DNA of 64,000 nucleotides from Acidimicrobiia bacterium (GTDB lineage: Bacteria; Actinomycetota; Acidimicrobiia; Acidimicrobiales; Bin134), in the NCBI GenBank assembly GCA_022819825.1, contig JAJEGM010000010.1, positions 2,318 to 66,317 on the forward strand. The letters are read 5' to 3'. The notes beneath the pieces were generated by a model. That model made no database searches. It saw nothing but the letters and a program-made list of their open reading frames with translations, and had not been told where the DNA came from. Positions 1-8,634 of the stretch are shown one piece after another. The position numbers and the translations under genes were made by a program. Numbering within the stretch: position 1 is the first letter of the stretch; each line of letters starts with the position of its first letter.

Positions 1-117
1 GGCGTCCAGAGACTCGCCTTCGGCCGATTTAACGGCCAGGTGGCCTTCGATCTCGAACAGCCGCTCAGAAATCCAGGCCAAACCGCCGCAGGCGTCGGCC
101 GACTGCTCGATGTCCAT
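1..117 (-). CDS. hypothetical protein, N-terminal fragment running off the window start
   Basis: ATG at 117..115 sits 2 nt after the stop of a mini-ORF (TGAGGATG). It translates as MDIEQSADACGGLAWISERLFEIEGHLAVKSAEGESLDA. No recognisable motif; too short for the ORF track. Confidence 0.3.
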   Translation of the reverse strand, partial: MDIEQSADACGGLAWISERLFEIEGHLAVKSAEGESLDA

Positions 118-119
118 CC

Positions 120-202
120 TCAGTCCCCACCCCGGTAGCGACTAAAGCACCTAGCTCGCGTTTCTTGGAGTCCGATAGCCATCAGTCCCCACCCCGGTAG
201 CG
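120..202. repeat. 21-bp perfect direct repeat duplicating the 3' end of nadE
   Basis: TCAGTCCCCACCCCGGTAGCG occurs at 120-140 and again at 182-202. On the minus strand each copy encodes RYRGGD plus a stop. Confidence 0.9.
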
Positions 203-1837
203 GTTGGTGATGGGCAAGCGGCGGTCGCGGCCGAAGGCCTTGGCGGTGATGCGCACCCCGGGGGGGTTCTGGCGGCGCTTGTACTCGGCACGGTCCACCA
301 AGCCGGTGATACGGGTCACCAACTCGGGGTCGTAGCCCTGGCCGCACAGGTCGGCGGGGGTGAGGTCGCCCTCCACATAGACCTCCAACAGCGGATCGAG
401 CACGTCGTAGGGGGGCAGGCTCTGGTCGTCTCGCTGGTCGGGGCGAAGCTCGGCCGATGGCGGTTTGACCAGCACATTCTCGGGGATCAAGTCGCGACCG
501 GCCCGCTGGTTGCGGTAGCGGGCGAAGGCGTACACCTGGAGCTTCCACAGGTCTTTGATCACGGCATAGGCCCCAGCGGTGTCGCCGTACAGGGTGGAGT
601 AGCCCACCGCGCTCTCGCTCTTGTTCCCGGTGGTCAAGATGAGCCAGCCGAACTTGTTGGACAAGGCCATGAGCAGCGTCCCCCGAATGCGGGACTGCAC
701 GTTCTCCTCGGCCAGGTCGGGGTCGAGCCCGTCGAACGACGGCGCCAGCATGTTCAGGAAGGCCTTATGGCCGGGCTCCACTGGTATGACCCGATGGTCG
801 ATGCCCAGGTTCCGGCACAGTGCCTCGGCGTCGGCCACCGAGTGATCGCTGGAATAGCGAGAGGGCATCAACACGCCGTGCACATGGTCGGCACCCAGAG
901 CGTCGGTGGCGATGGCGGCCACCAGCGAGGAGTCGATTCCCCCCGACACTCCGATACCCACATCGGTGAAGCCGTTCTTGTGCACATAGTCCCGGGTGGC
1001 CAGCACGAGGGCCTCGTACTGCTCGTCGAGCTCGTCCAATCCAGGATCCACCTTGTTGATCTCCTGGGGAATGGCCGGCGGGGACGACAGTTCAGGCCGG
1101 TCGGCCACTTCTACTTCGGCGATCAGCAGATGCTCTCGGAAGGGGGGTGCCTGGGCAATGACGCGACCGTCGGCGTCCAGCATCAGCGATGCGCCGTCGA
1201 AGACCAGCTCGTCTTGACCTCCCACCAAGTTGGCATAGGCGACGGCGCACCCCGTCTCCGAGACCCGCTGGCGGAGGACCTCCAAACGTTGGTCCAGCTT
1301 GCCCACGTGATAGGGCGAGGCGTTCAGATTGAAGATGACCTCAGCACCGGCTGCGGCCATCTGGCTCATCGGACCCCCCGACACCCACGCGTCCTCGCAG
1401 ATCGACACGCCGACGGCGACGCCGGCCACGTCGTGCAGCACGGGATCGCCAGTGCCGGGGAGGAAGTAACGGCGCTCATCGAACACCCCGTAGTTGGGCA
1501 GCTCCCGCTTGTGGTAGACGCCCTCAAGTCGGCCATTGGCTGCGACGCCAGCTGCGTTCTGGCACCCATCGGCACCATCTACAAATCCCACCACCGCGGC
1601 ACACGATTCCGACTGGGCCGCAATATGCTCCATCGCATCACGGCTGTCCTGCACAAATCGCCGCTTGAGCACCAAGTCCTCCGGGGGATACCCGGTAATC
1701 GCCAGCTCCGGGAAAACCGCAGCCTGGCACCCGGCCTCTTCGGCGGCAGCCAGCGCAGAGAGAATCCGCTTGGTGTTGGCGTCGATATCGCCAACCACTG
1801 AGTTGATCTGGCACAGGGCCACCCGCAGCTTGGCCAC
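182..1837 (-). CDS. nadE: glutamine-dependent NAD+ synthetase (CN-hydrolase domain plus NAD synthase domain)
   Basis: 551 aa. The N-terminal nitrilase-type domain has FPELAITGYPPEDL and ICED. The C-terminal domain has the ATP-PPase SGGIDSS motif. Confidence 0.93.
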   Translation of the reverse strand: MAKLRVALCQINSVVGDIDANTKRILSALAAAEEAGCQAAVFPELAITGYPPEDLVLKRRFVQDSRDAMEHIAAQSESCAAVVGFVDGADGCQNAAGVAANGRLEGVYHKRELPNYGVFDERRYFLPGTGDPVLHDVAGVAVGVSICEDAWVSGGPMSQMAAAGAEVIFNLNASPYHVGKLDQRLEVLRQRVSETGCAVAYANLVGGQDELVFDGASLMLDADGRVIAQAPPFREHLLIAEVEVADRPELSSPPAIPQEINKVDPGLDELDEQYEALVLATRDYVHKNGFTDVGIGVSGGIDSSLVAAIATDALGADHVHGVLMPSRYSSDHSVADAEALCRNLGIDHRVIPVEPGHKAFLNMLAPSFDGLDPDLAEENVQSRIRGTLLMALSNKFGWLILTTGNKSESAVGYSTLYGDTAGAYAVIKDLWKLQVYAFARYRNQRAGRDLIPENVLVKPPSAELRPDQRDDQSLPPYDVLDPLLEVYVEGDLTPADLCGQGYDPELVTRITGLVDRAEYKRRQNPPGVRITAKAFGRDRRLPITNRYRGGD

Positions 1838-1895
1838 AAGAACAGGCTAGAAGGGCCGCAGCCCGAACACAGATTGGAGCTGTAGAGGTGTCCGG

Positions 1896-3320
1896 TTAGA
1901 CGGAGTAGTACATCTCGTACTCGAGGGGATGGGGCCGCAAGTTGACAGCGTCCACCTCCTCTTGCTTGACCTCGATGTACGACTCGATCAGCGATGTGTT
2001 GAACACATCGCCAGCCAGCAGGAAGTCGTGGTCGGCTTCGAGAGCACTCAGCGCCTCGGCCAGTGAACCAGGCACGGTCTCAATGCCGGCGGCCTCGTCA
2101 GGCGGCAAGTCGTAGATGTTCTTGTCGAGCGGCTCGCCCGGATCCATCTGGTTTTGGATGCCGTCGATTCCGGCCATCAACATGGCGGCGAACGCCAGGT
2201 AGGGGTTGGCGCTGGGATCGGGGCAGCGGAACTCCAGGCGCTTGGCCTTGGGGTTGTCAGAGATCAGCGGGATGCGGATGGCCGCGGAGCGGTTCCGCTG
2301 GGAGTAAGCCAGGTTCACCGGGGCCTCGTAGCCGGGCACCAGCCGCTTGTAGGAGTTGGTGGTGGGAGCGGCGAAGGCCAGGATCGCCGGGGCGTGGGCC
2401 AGCAGCCCGCCGATGTACCAGCGAGCCAGATCAGACAAGCCGGCGTACCCCCGCTCGTCGTACATGAGCGTGTCGCCGTCCTGCCACAGCGACTGGTGGG
2501 TGTGCATCCCCGAGCCGTTGTCGCCGTAGATCGGCTTGGGCATGAACGTGACGGTGCGACCGTGCTCGCGGGCCACGTTCTTCACCACGTACTTGTAGAG
2601 CTGCACTTTGTCGGCCATGGCCAGCATCTCGTCGAACACCATGTCGATCTCGGCCTGGCCCGCAGTGCCCACCTCGTGGTGTTGGACCTCGATGGGGATG
2701 CCCACCGATTCGAGGGCTACAACCATCTCCGAGCGCAGATCCTGGAAGGTGTCCATCGGCGACAGCGGGAAATACCCTCCCTTGTAGGGAATGCGGTGGC
2801 CGGGACTGGGAGCTCCGGTCACCGAGGGGCGACCGCTCTCGAAAATGCCCTCAGCCGAGCGAATCTGATAGCCGGCTACGTCGGGCTGGTTCTGGAAGGC
2901 CACGCTGTCGAAGATGAAGAACTCGGCTTCCGGCCCGAAGTAGGCGGCATCGGCGATTCCGGTGCTGGCCAGATAGGACAGGGAGCGGCGCACCACGCCC
3001 CGGGGATCTTTGCCGTACATCTCGCCGGTCACGGGATCCTTCACGTCGCACAGCAGCACCAAGGTCTTGCGCTTCATGAACGGGTCGAAGATCGCGGAGT
3101 CGGGATCGGGGATGAGGAGCATGTCGGAGGCGTCGATGGTCTGAAAACCGCTCACCGAAGAGCCGTCGAATCCGAGACCCTCCTCAAATACTGCTTCGGT
3201 CAGCTCGCGGATGGGCAGCGAGAAGTGGTGCTGCACACCGGGAACGTCGGTGAAGCGCATGTCCACGAACTCCGCTCCCTCAGATGCGGCTAGAGCAATG
3301 ACTTCTTGGGGAGTTGACAC
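1896..3320 (-). CDS. glnA: glutamine synthetase type I
   Basis: Contains the GS motifs FDGSS, GSGMHTHQS and NPYL. I moved the start to GTG 3320, which is preceded by AAGGAGG (rc of 3327-3333). The ORF-track extension to 3380 is rejected. Confidence 0.93.
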   Translation of the reverse strand: MSTPQEVIALAASEGAEFVDMRFTDVPGVQHHFSLPIRELTEAVFEEGLGFDGSSVSGFQTIDASDMLLIPDPDSAIFDPFMKRKTLVLLCDVKDPVTGEMYGKDPRGVVRRSLSYLASTGIADAAYFGPEAEFFIFDSVAFQNQPDVAGYQIRSAEGIFESGRPSVTGAPSPGHRIPYKGGYFPLSPMDTFQDLRSEMVVALESVGIPIEVQHHEVGTAGQAEIDMVFDEMLAMADKVQLYKYVVKNVAREHGRTVTFMPKPIYGDNGSGMHTHQSLWQDGDTLMYDERGYAGLSDLARWYIGGLLAHAPAILAFAAPTTNSYKRLVPGYEAPVNLAYSQRNRSAAIRIPLISDNPKAKRLEFRCPDPSANPYLAFAAMLMAGIDGIQNQMDPGEPLDKNIYDLPPDEAAGIETVPGSLAEALSALEADHDFLLAGDVFNTSLIESYIEVKQEEVDAVNLRPHPLEYEMYYSV

Positions 3321-3487
3321 AGTGGGTTCCTCCTTGTTTCGCGCCCTTACTTTCCCACAAGCGACAAGGGCACTTCGCATCGTGCCAAAGCCGAGTTTCC
3401 AAAGATTTTCTCGATTGTGAAAGCTCTGTGAACGTCACCAATGGGCTGGCGTTGAAGGCGGGTGACGGGGCACTCTGGTGGTCTCCT

Positions 3488-4822
3488 ATGGAACCGCAAA
3501 AGGACTATGTGCTTCGCACCGTGGAGGAGCGGGGGGTGCGCCTCATCCGGCTCTGGTTCACCGATGTGCTGGGCCAGCTCAAGTCGGTGGCCATCTCCCC
3601 GGCGGAGTTGGCCGACGCCTTCGACGAGGGACTGCAGTTCGACGGCTCGGCCATCGACGGCTTCTCCCGGGTGCAGGAGAGCGATGTGCTGGCCGTACCC
3701 GACGCGTCCACATTCGAGCTGCTGCCGTGGGCCGACCCCGAAGAGCCCTCCGGACGCGTGTTCTGCGACATCCGCAACCCCGACGGTACCCCCTTTGAGG
3801 GCGATCCCCGCTGGGTGATGCGCCGCAGCCTGGCCAAGGCGGCCGAGATGGGCTACACGTTCTACACCGCTCCCGAAGTGGAGTTCTTCTACTTCCGGCA
3901 TGGCGATCCCGACCAGCCGCTGACGCCGCTGGACAACGCCTCCTACTTCGATTTAACCACTGCGGATGTGGCCAGCCCGCTGCGTAAACGCACCATCACC
4001 ATGTTGGAGGCCATGGGCATCCCGGTGGAGTACTCCTTCCACGAGGACAGCCCCAGCCAGCATGAGATCGACCTGCGCTACACCGAGGCGCTGAGCATGG
4101 CCGACAATGTGATGACACTGAGGCTGGTGGTGCGCAAGCTGGCGCTCGACCGGGATCTGCACGCCACGTTCATGCCCAAGCCGCTCAACGGCGTGCAGGG
4201 ATCGGGCATGCACACCCACATGTCGCTGTTCGAGAACGACATCAACGCCTTCCACGACGCCGGAGACGACTACGGCCTGTCGAAAACGGCCAAGGCCTTT
4301 ATCGCCGGTCTGCTGCACCACGCCCGGGAGATCACCGCGGTCACCAACCAGCTGGTGAACAGCTACAAGCGGCTGGTGGCCGGTGATGAGGCGCCCACCT
4401 TCGTGTCGTGGGCCCGCAACAACCGCTCGGCGCTGGTGCGGGTGCCGGTGGTGAAACCGGGCAAGGAATCGTCCACTCGAATCGAATACCGGGCGCTCGA
4501 CTCGGCGGCCAACCCCTATTTGGCGTTCTCCGCGGTGTTGGCCGCCGGCTTGAAAGGAGTGCAGGAGGGCTATGAGCTGCCTCCTGAGGCAGCAGCCGAC
4601 CTCTACACCATGACCAGGGGCCAAGCTCGGACCAAGGGTTTCGAGGAGCTGCCCATGTCGCTGTCGGAGGCCCTGGACGTGCTGGAGGAATCGCCGCTGA
4701 TGGTTGACGTGTTGGGCGAGCACATCCACGAGTGGTTCTTGCGCAACAAGCGGGCCGAATTCGCCGAGTACCGCCGGGAGGTCACGCCCTTCGAGCTCCG
4801 CCGGTACTTGAACACCTGGTAG
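3488..4822 (+). CDS. glnA2: glutamine synthetase, second GSI-type paralog (GlnA2-like)
   Basis: Contains FDGSAIDGF, GSGMHTHMSLF and NPYLAF. I moved the start to ATG 3488 (MEPQKDYVLR...). The gene is divergent from glnA. Confidence 0.9.
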   Translation: MEPQKDYVLRTVEERGVRLIRLWFTDVLGQLKSVAISPAELADAFDEGLQFDGSAIDGFSRVQESDVLAVPDASTFELLPWADPEEPSGRVFCDIRNPDGTPFEGDPRWVMRRSLAKAAEMGYTFYTAPEVEFFYFRHGDPDQPLTPLDNASYFDLTTADVASPLRKRTITMLEAMGIPVEYSFHEDSPSQHEIDLRYTEALSMADNVMTLRLVVRKLALDRDLHATFMPKPLNGVQGSGMHTHMSLFENDINAFHDAGDDYGLSKTAKAFIAGLLHHAREITAVTNQLVNSYKRLVAGDEAPTFVSWARNNRSALVRVPVVKPGKESSTRIEYRALDSAANPYLAFSAVLAAGLKGVQEGYELPPEAAADLYTMTRGQARTKGFEELPMSLSEALDVLEESPLMVDVLGEHIHEWFLRNKRAEFAEYRREVTPFELRRYLNTW

Positions 4823-4827
4823 CTGCT

Positions 4828-5493
4828 GTGACTGAGCCGCTGCTCGTTTTTCCCGATCCGCCGCCGCCGGAACTGGTGCGCACGCTGGACTTGGGGGGCT
4901 ACAACTGGAAGGCGGTGGGCAGCGCCCAAGAGCCGGAGGGCCGGTGGCTGGGCGCGGTGGTGGCGGTGGATGAGAACCCCGAAGACGCATTCGGATTCTG
5001 TCGTTCACTGAACCGAAGGGGCTTGGACATCCCGGTTCTGCTGCTTATCTCCGGTGCTCGCCTAGACGAACTGGAGATGCGCGACGACCTCTACACCGAC
5101 TTCTGCCTCACCCCATTCCACCAGCGGGAATTGGAAGCCCGGCTGGCCCACCTGGTGTGGCGATCGGGCACCGCGCTGCGCCCGGAGCTCATCGAATACG
5201 GGCCGCTGGTGCTGAACGTGGAGACCTATCAGGCCACCATCACCGGCCGGCCGCTCGACCTCACCTACATGGAGTACGAATTGCTGAAGTTCCTGGCCAG
5301 TTCGCCCGGCAAGGTATTCACCCGCGAGACGCTGCTCAGCCGGGTGTGGGGCTACGACTACTTCGGCGGCGCCCGCACTGTGGACGTCCACGTTCGGCGT
5401 CTGCGGGCCAAACTCGGCGAAGAGCACGCCGGCCTCATCACCACTGTGCGGTCTGTCGGCTACCGCTTCGGCCTCTCCCGCTGGGAGCGGTAA
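4828..5493 (+). CDS. OmpR/PhoB-family winged-helix regulator with degenerate receiver domain (GlnR-like position)
   Basis: The C-terminal wHTH has LTYMEYELLKFL...VDVHVRRLRAKL...VRSVGYRF. The receiver lacks the acidic DD pair (VFPDPPPP) and the conserved Lys (LTPF instead of KPF). GTG start at 4828, 6 nt after the glnA2 stop. Confidence 0.75.
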   Translation: MTEPLLVFPDPPPPELVRTLDLGGYNWKAVGSAQEPEGRWLGAVVAVDENPEDAFGFCRSLNRRGLDIPVLLLISGARLDELEMRDDLYTDFCLTPFHQRELEARLAHLVWRSGTALRPELIEYGPLVLNVETYQATITGRPLDLTYMEYELLKFLASSPGKVFTRETLLSRVWGYDYFGGARTVDVHVRRLRAKLGEEHAGLITTVRSVGYRFGLSRWER

Positions 5494-5497
5494 CCAC

Positions 5498-5845
5498 TCA
5501 GCCGGAGTAGGCCCAGAGTTCGATTTCCACGAGGGCGCCGAGGGGGAGGGCGGCGACGCCTACGGCGGAGCGGGCGGGGCGGTTGTCGCCGAAGCACTCG
5601 ATGTAGGCCTGGTTCATGGCGCCGAAGTCGTCCATGTGCAGCAGGAACACTGTGGCCTTCACCACGTCGTCGAGCGTGGCCCCCTCGGTGGCCAGCACCG
5701 CCTCGGCATTGGCCACCGCTTGGCGGAATTGCGCGATGAGCCCACCGGGCACCAGCGATCCGTCGGCGATACCGATCTGACCGGAGCAGATGAGAAAATC
5801 ACCGGCGCGAACGATGGGGGAATACGGTCCGACTGGGGTGCTCAT
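5498..5845 (-). CDS. ridA: RidA/YjgF/L-PSP family enamine/imine deaminase
   Basis: 115 aa with the typical YjgF pattern: PVGPYSPIV...GQIG...TVFL...R(P)ARSAVGVAALPLGALVEIE. Confidence 0.85.
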   Translation of the reverse strand: MSTPVGPYSPIVRAGDFLICSGQIGIADGSLVPGGLIAQFRQAVANAEAVLATEGATLDDVVKATVFLLHMDDFGAMNQAYIECFGDNRPARSAVGVAALPLGALVEIELWAYSG

Positions 5846-5915
5846 GTCTGAGAAGAATACGGGCCTTGAGGGGTGCTCGTGTCTGAGAAGAATACGGATC
5901 TTCAGGAGTGCTCAT
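5811..5915. repeat. 35-bp tandem repeat, three copies; the innermost copy is the true 5' end of ridA
   Basis: Read on the minus strand, the three copies are ATGAGCACCCCAGTCGGACCGTATTC (gene start, 5845 downward), ACGAGCACCCCTCAAGGCCCGTATTC (5880 downward) and ATGAGCACTCCTGAAGATCCGTATTC (5915 downward). Plus-strand units 5836-5870 and 5871-5905 differ at 4 of 35 positions. Confidence 0.85.
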
Positions 5916-8634
5916 AGCATGGGACCATATGGAAGCTGAAGGCCGAGATCAGCCGAACCAAGACATCGAGCACCTGATTGCCACCAGTCCATGGCCGGAG
6001 GATGCCCGTTCCCTCATCGACGACCTCAGCATCACCGACGAGCGCCGAGCCCGGGCTGCGGCCATGCTGGCCGGAGCTTCTCGCAGCATGAGCAAGGCGG
6101 TGCGGCGCGATCCCAGTCTGCTCGGAGTGCTCGACCCGCCCGCCGACTTCGCCACCGAGAAAATCTCGCTGACCGCCCCCGACGACGATGATGCCCTCGA
6201 CGGCCTGCGGCGGTGGAAGCGGCGCCAGCTTCTGCGTATCGCGCTGCGCGATCTGCTGGGCGAGGCCGACCTGGCCACCGTGGGCCGAGAACTATCGCTG
6301 TTGGCCGACGCTTGTTTCGTCCGTGCCTTGGAGATCGCCGACGAAGGACCGCCGTTGGCCATCATCGGGATGGGCAAGCTGGGCGGCAACGAGCTGAACT
6401 ACGCCAGCGATGTCGACATCGTCTTCGCCCACGATGGCGACTCCACCGCGGCCGCCCGTCGAGCCCGGAAAGTGCTGGACATCCTCACCGCGTTCACCCC
6501 CGAGGGGCAGGTGTACCGGGTGGACATCGAGTTGCGGCCCGAAGGAGGCGCTGGAGCGCTGAGCCGCACCCCAGAGGCGTTCGGAACCTACTTCGATCGC
6601 TGGGCAGTGCCCTGGGAGCGCCAGGCCTACATCAAGACTCGGCTGTCAGCCGGCGATCCTGAATTGGGCAATGCCTTTTTCGATGCCATCAAGCCCGGGG
6701 TGTGGGGCGAGAACCTCGAAGCCGACACGGTGCCCCACCTGCGAGCCCTGAAACTGCGGGTGGAGGAGTCGGCCAAGCTGAAGGGCGACCGGGAGCTCAA
6801 GAAGGGCCCTGGGGGTCTGCGAGACATCGAGTTCACCGTGCAGCTCCTGCAGTTGATTCACGGCCGCACCGATCCCACCATCCGCTCCCCCAACACCCTC
6901 ACTGCCCTTCGGCAGCTGAGTTGGGGGGAGTACATCGACCAGGCCGACGCCGTCCACTTCACCACCGCCTATATCCATCTGCGCACGGTGGAGCACCGCG
7001 TGCAGCTCCGCGACGAGCGCCAGACCCATGAACTGCCCACCGCCGATGCCGACCGGGAATGGGCGGCCCGAGCATCCGGATTCGAAAGCTTGGAGGCATT
7101 CCAGGACTCCCACACCCGCCATCAGACCTCGGTTCGGGAGATCCACCAGCGGATCTTCTACCGTCAAACCCTCGACCGGATGCACGAGACCGGACTGGTG
7201 AGCGAGCTGCTTCCCGCTCACCTCGGGCAGCTGGGTTTCGCCGATCCCGATCGGGCCGCCGCCACTATCGAGCGCCTTACCGAGAACCTCGGCCGGCGGG
7301 CCAACGTGATGCAGCAGGTTCTGGTCATCATGGTGGAGGCTCTGGCCACTACCCCCGATCCCGACCTAGGACTCGTCCGCCTGGCCTGGCTCTTAGACGG
7401 CTCCTTCCGAGTCGGCACCATTCTCCCGGTTTTGCGCGACTCCCCCATTGCCATCAGCGACATCGCCCGATTGCTGGGTTCCAGCCGGGTGGCGGCGGGA
7501 TGGATGCGCAACCACCCGGAGTTCGCCCGCTCGCTGATGAACCCCGAGGAGCTGGCCCATGCCCGCACTGCGGAGGCCCTGGTTGCCGAGGCCACCGAGG
7601 CCATGCAGTCAGCCGCTGGCGATCACGACCTCCAGATGGCCGAGCTGCGGCGGTTCGTGCGGCGCGAGCAGCTTCGGGTGGCGGCCCGAGACATCCTGGG
7701 GCTGGCCTCGATCATCGAGATTCCCCAGGAGCTGACCCTTATCGCCGACGCCGCGGTGGCGGCCGCCGTCGACTCGCTGGCCCCAGAGGTGCCCTTCGCC
7801 GTGATCGGAATGGGGCGCTATGGGGGCCTTGACCTTTCCTATGCCTCTGATCTGGATGTGATCTTCGTGTACGAGGGGGCGGGCTCTGATGATGCCCGGG
7901 CGGCCAACCGCACCGCCCGGGGCCTGCTCAAAGAGATCGGGGCTCAAACCGCCGAAGGCCGAGCCTGGGAGATTGACGCTCGGTTGCGCCCTGAGGGCGA
8001 AAACGGACAGCTCGCCCGATCGCTGGAGGGGTACCAGCGGTACTACGAGGAGCGGGGTCAGCTATGGGAGCGCCAGTCTCTGCTGAAGCGCCGCTTCGTG
8101 GCGGGAGACGCCGATTTGGGAAACCGATTTCTCCAGTTGGCCGACAAGTGGTGCTATCAGCCCGAGTTCAGCGAGGCCGAGGCTGAAGAGATCCGAGCGA
8201 TGAAGCGCCGCATCGAAGCTGAGCGCCTGGGCACCGGCAGCAAGGCCCGGGATGTGAAGCTCGGCGCGGGCGGGCTCAGCGACATCGAGTTCACTGTGCA
8301 GCTCATGCAGCTTCAGCACGGATTCGGAAGGACTTCGATCCGCGACAATCGCACGCTGCCGGCGCTGGCCGGGTTGTCGGAACACAACCTGCTGGACATC
8401 GGCGACCGGGCCACCCTGGATGTGGGCTATCGCTTCTGCCAGCGGTTCCGCAACGCCCGCTACCACCTCTCAGGACTGTCGTCGGACGTGTTCCCCGACG
8501 ACGACCACGAGGAGCTGTTGCTGGCCCGACGACTCGGCTATCCCAGCAACCGGGACTTGGAAGCCGACTACCAGGAGATCACCGACGCCGTTCGAGAAGT
8601 GACCGACCGGCTGCTCTACGGAGAGTCTGACTGA
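5908..8634 (+). CDS. glnE: bifunctional glutamine synthetase adenylyltransferase/adenylyl-removing enzyme
   Basis: 908 aa with two nucleotidyltransferase halves, each carrying G(M)G(K/R)xGGxELxYxSDxD(I/V)xF (IGMGKLGGNELNYASDVDIVF and IGMGRYGGLDLSYASDLDVIF). The start may be ATG 5929 instead of GTG 5908. Confidence 0.93.
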   Translation: MLIAWDHMEAEGRDQPNQDIEHLIATSPWPEDARSLIDDLSITDERRARAAAMLAGASRSMSKAVRRDPSLLGVLDPPADFATEKISLTAPDDDDALDGLRRWKRRQLLRIALRDLLGEADLATVGRELSLLADACFVRALEIADEGPPLAIIGMGKLGGNELNYASDVDIVFAHDGDSTAAARRARKVLDILTAFTPEGQVYRVDIELRPEGGAGALSRTPEAFGTYFDRWAVPWERQAYIKTRLSAGDPELGNAFFDAIKPGVWGENLEADTVPHLRALKLRVEESAKLKGDRELKKGPGGLRDIEFTVQLLQLIHGRTDPTIRSPNTLTALRQLSWGEYIDQADAVHFTTAYIHLRTVEHRVQLRDERQTHELPTADADREWAARASGFESLEAFQDSHTRHQTSVREIHQRIFYRQTLDRMHETGLVSELLPAHLGQLGFADPDRAAATIERLTENLGRRANVMQQVLVIMVEALATTPDPDLGLVRLAWLLDGSFRVGTILPVLRDSPIAISDIARLLGSSRVAAGWMRNHPEFARSLMNPEELAHARTAEALVAEATEAMQSAAGDHDLQMAELRRFVRREQLRVAARDILGLASIIEIPQELTLIADAAVAAAVDSLAPEVPFAVIGMGRYGGLDLSYASDLDVIFVYEGAGSDDARAANRTARGLLKEIGAQTAEGRAWEIDARLRPEGENGQLARSLEGYQRYYEERGQLWERQSLLKRRFVAGDADLGNRFLQLADKWCYQPEFSEAEAEEIRAMKRRIEAERLGTGSKARDVKLGAGGLSDIEFTVQLMQLQHGFGRTSIRDNRTLPALAGLSEHNLLDIGDRATLDVGYRFCQRFRNARYHLSGLSSDVFPDDDHEELLLARRLGYPSNRDLEADYQEITDAVREVTDRLLYGESD

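Noticed and set aside
3336-3365. GlnR-box-like half sites (GTTTC-n6-TTAC...TTCC-n6-CGAC) upstream of glnA.
   Set aside because: The spacing and half-site sequences only loosely fit the gTnAc-n6-GaAAc consensus. The element would lie between the RBS region and the promoter, 16-45 nt from the start codon. This is not strong enough to call.
3314-3487. Long N-terminal extensions of glnA2 (from 3314) and glnA (to 3380) that overlap each other in the divergent intergenic region.
   Set aside because: The extensions have no GS-like sequence and would make the two divergent genes overlap. A strong AAGGAGG precedes GTG 3320. The conserved GS N-terminus of glnA2 begins at ATG 3488.
5836-5915. The 35-bp repeats considered as a possible mini-CRISPR array.
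   Set aside because: There are only 2.3 contiguous copies with no spacers, and no cas genes in the window. The unit is a copy of the ridA 5' end, so it is a tandem duplication and not a CRISPR.
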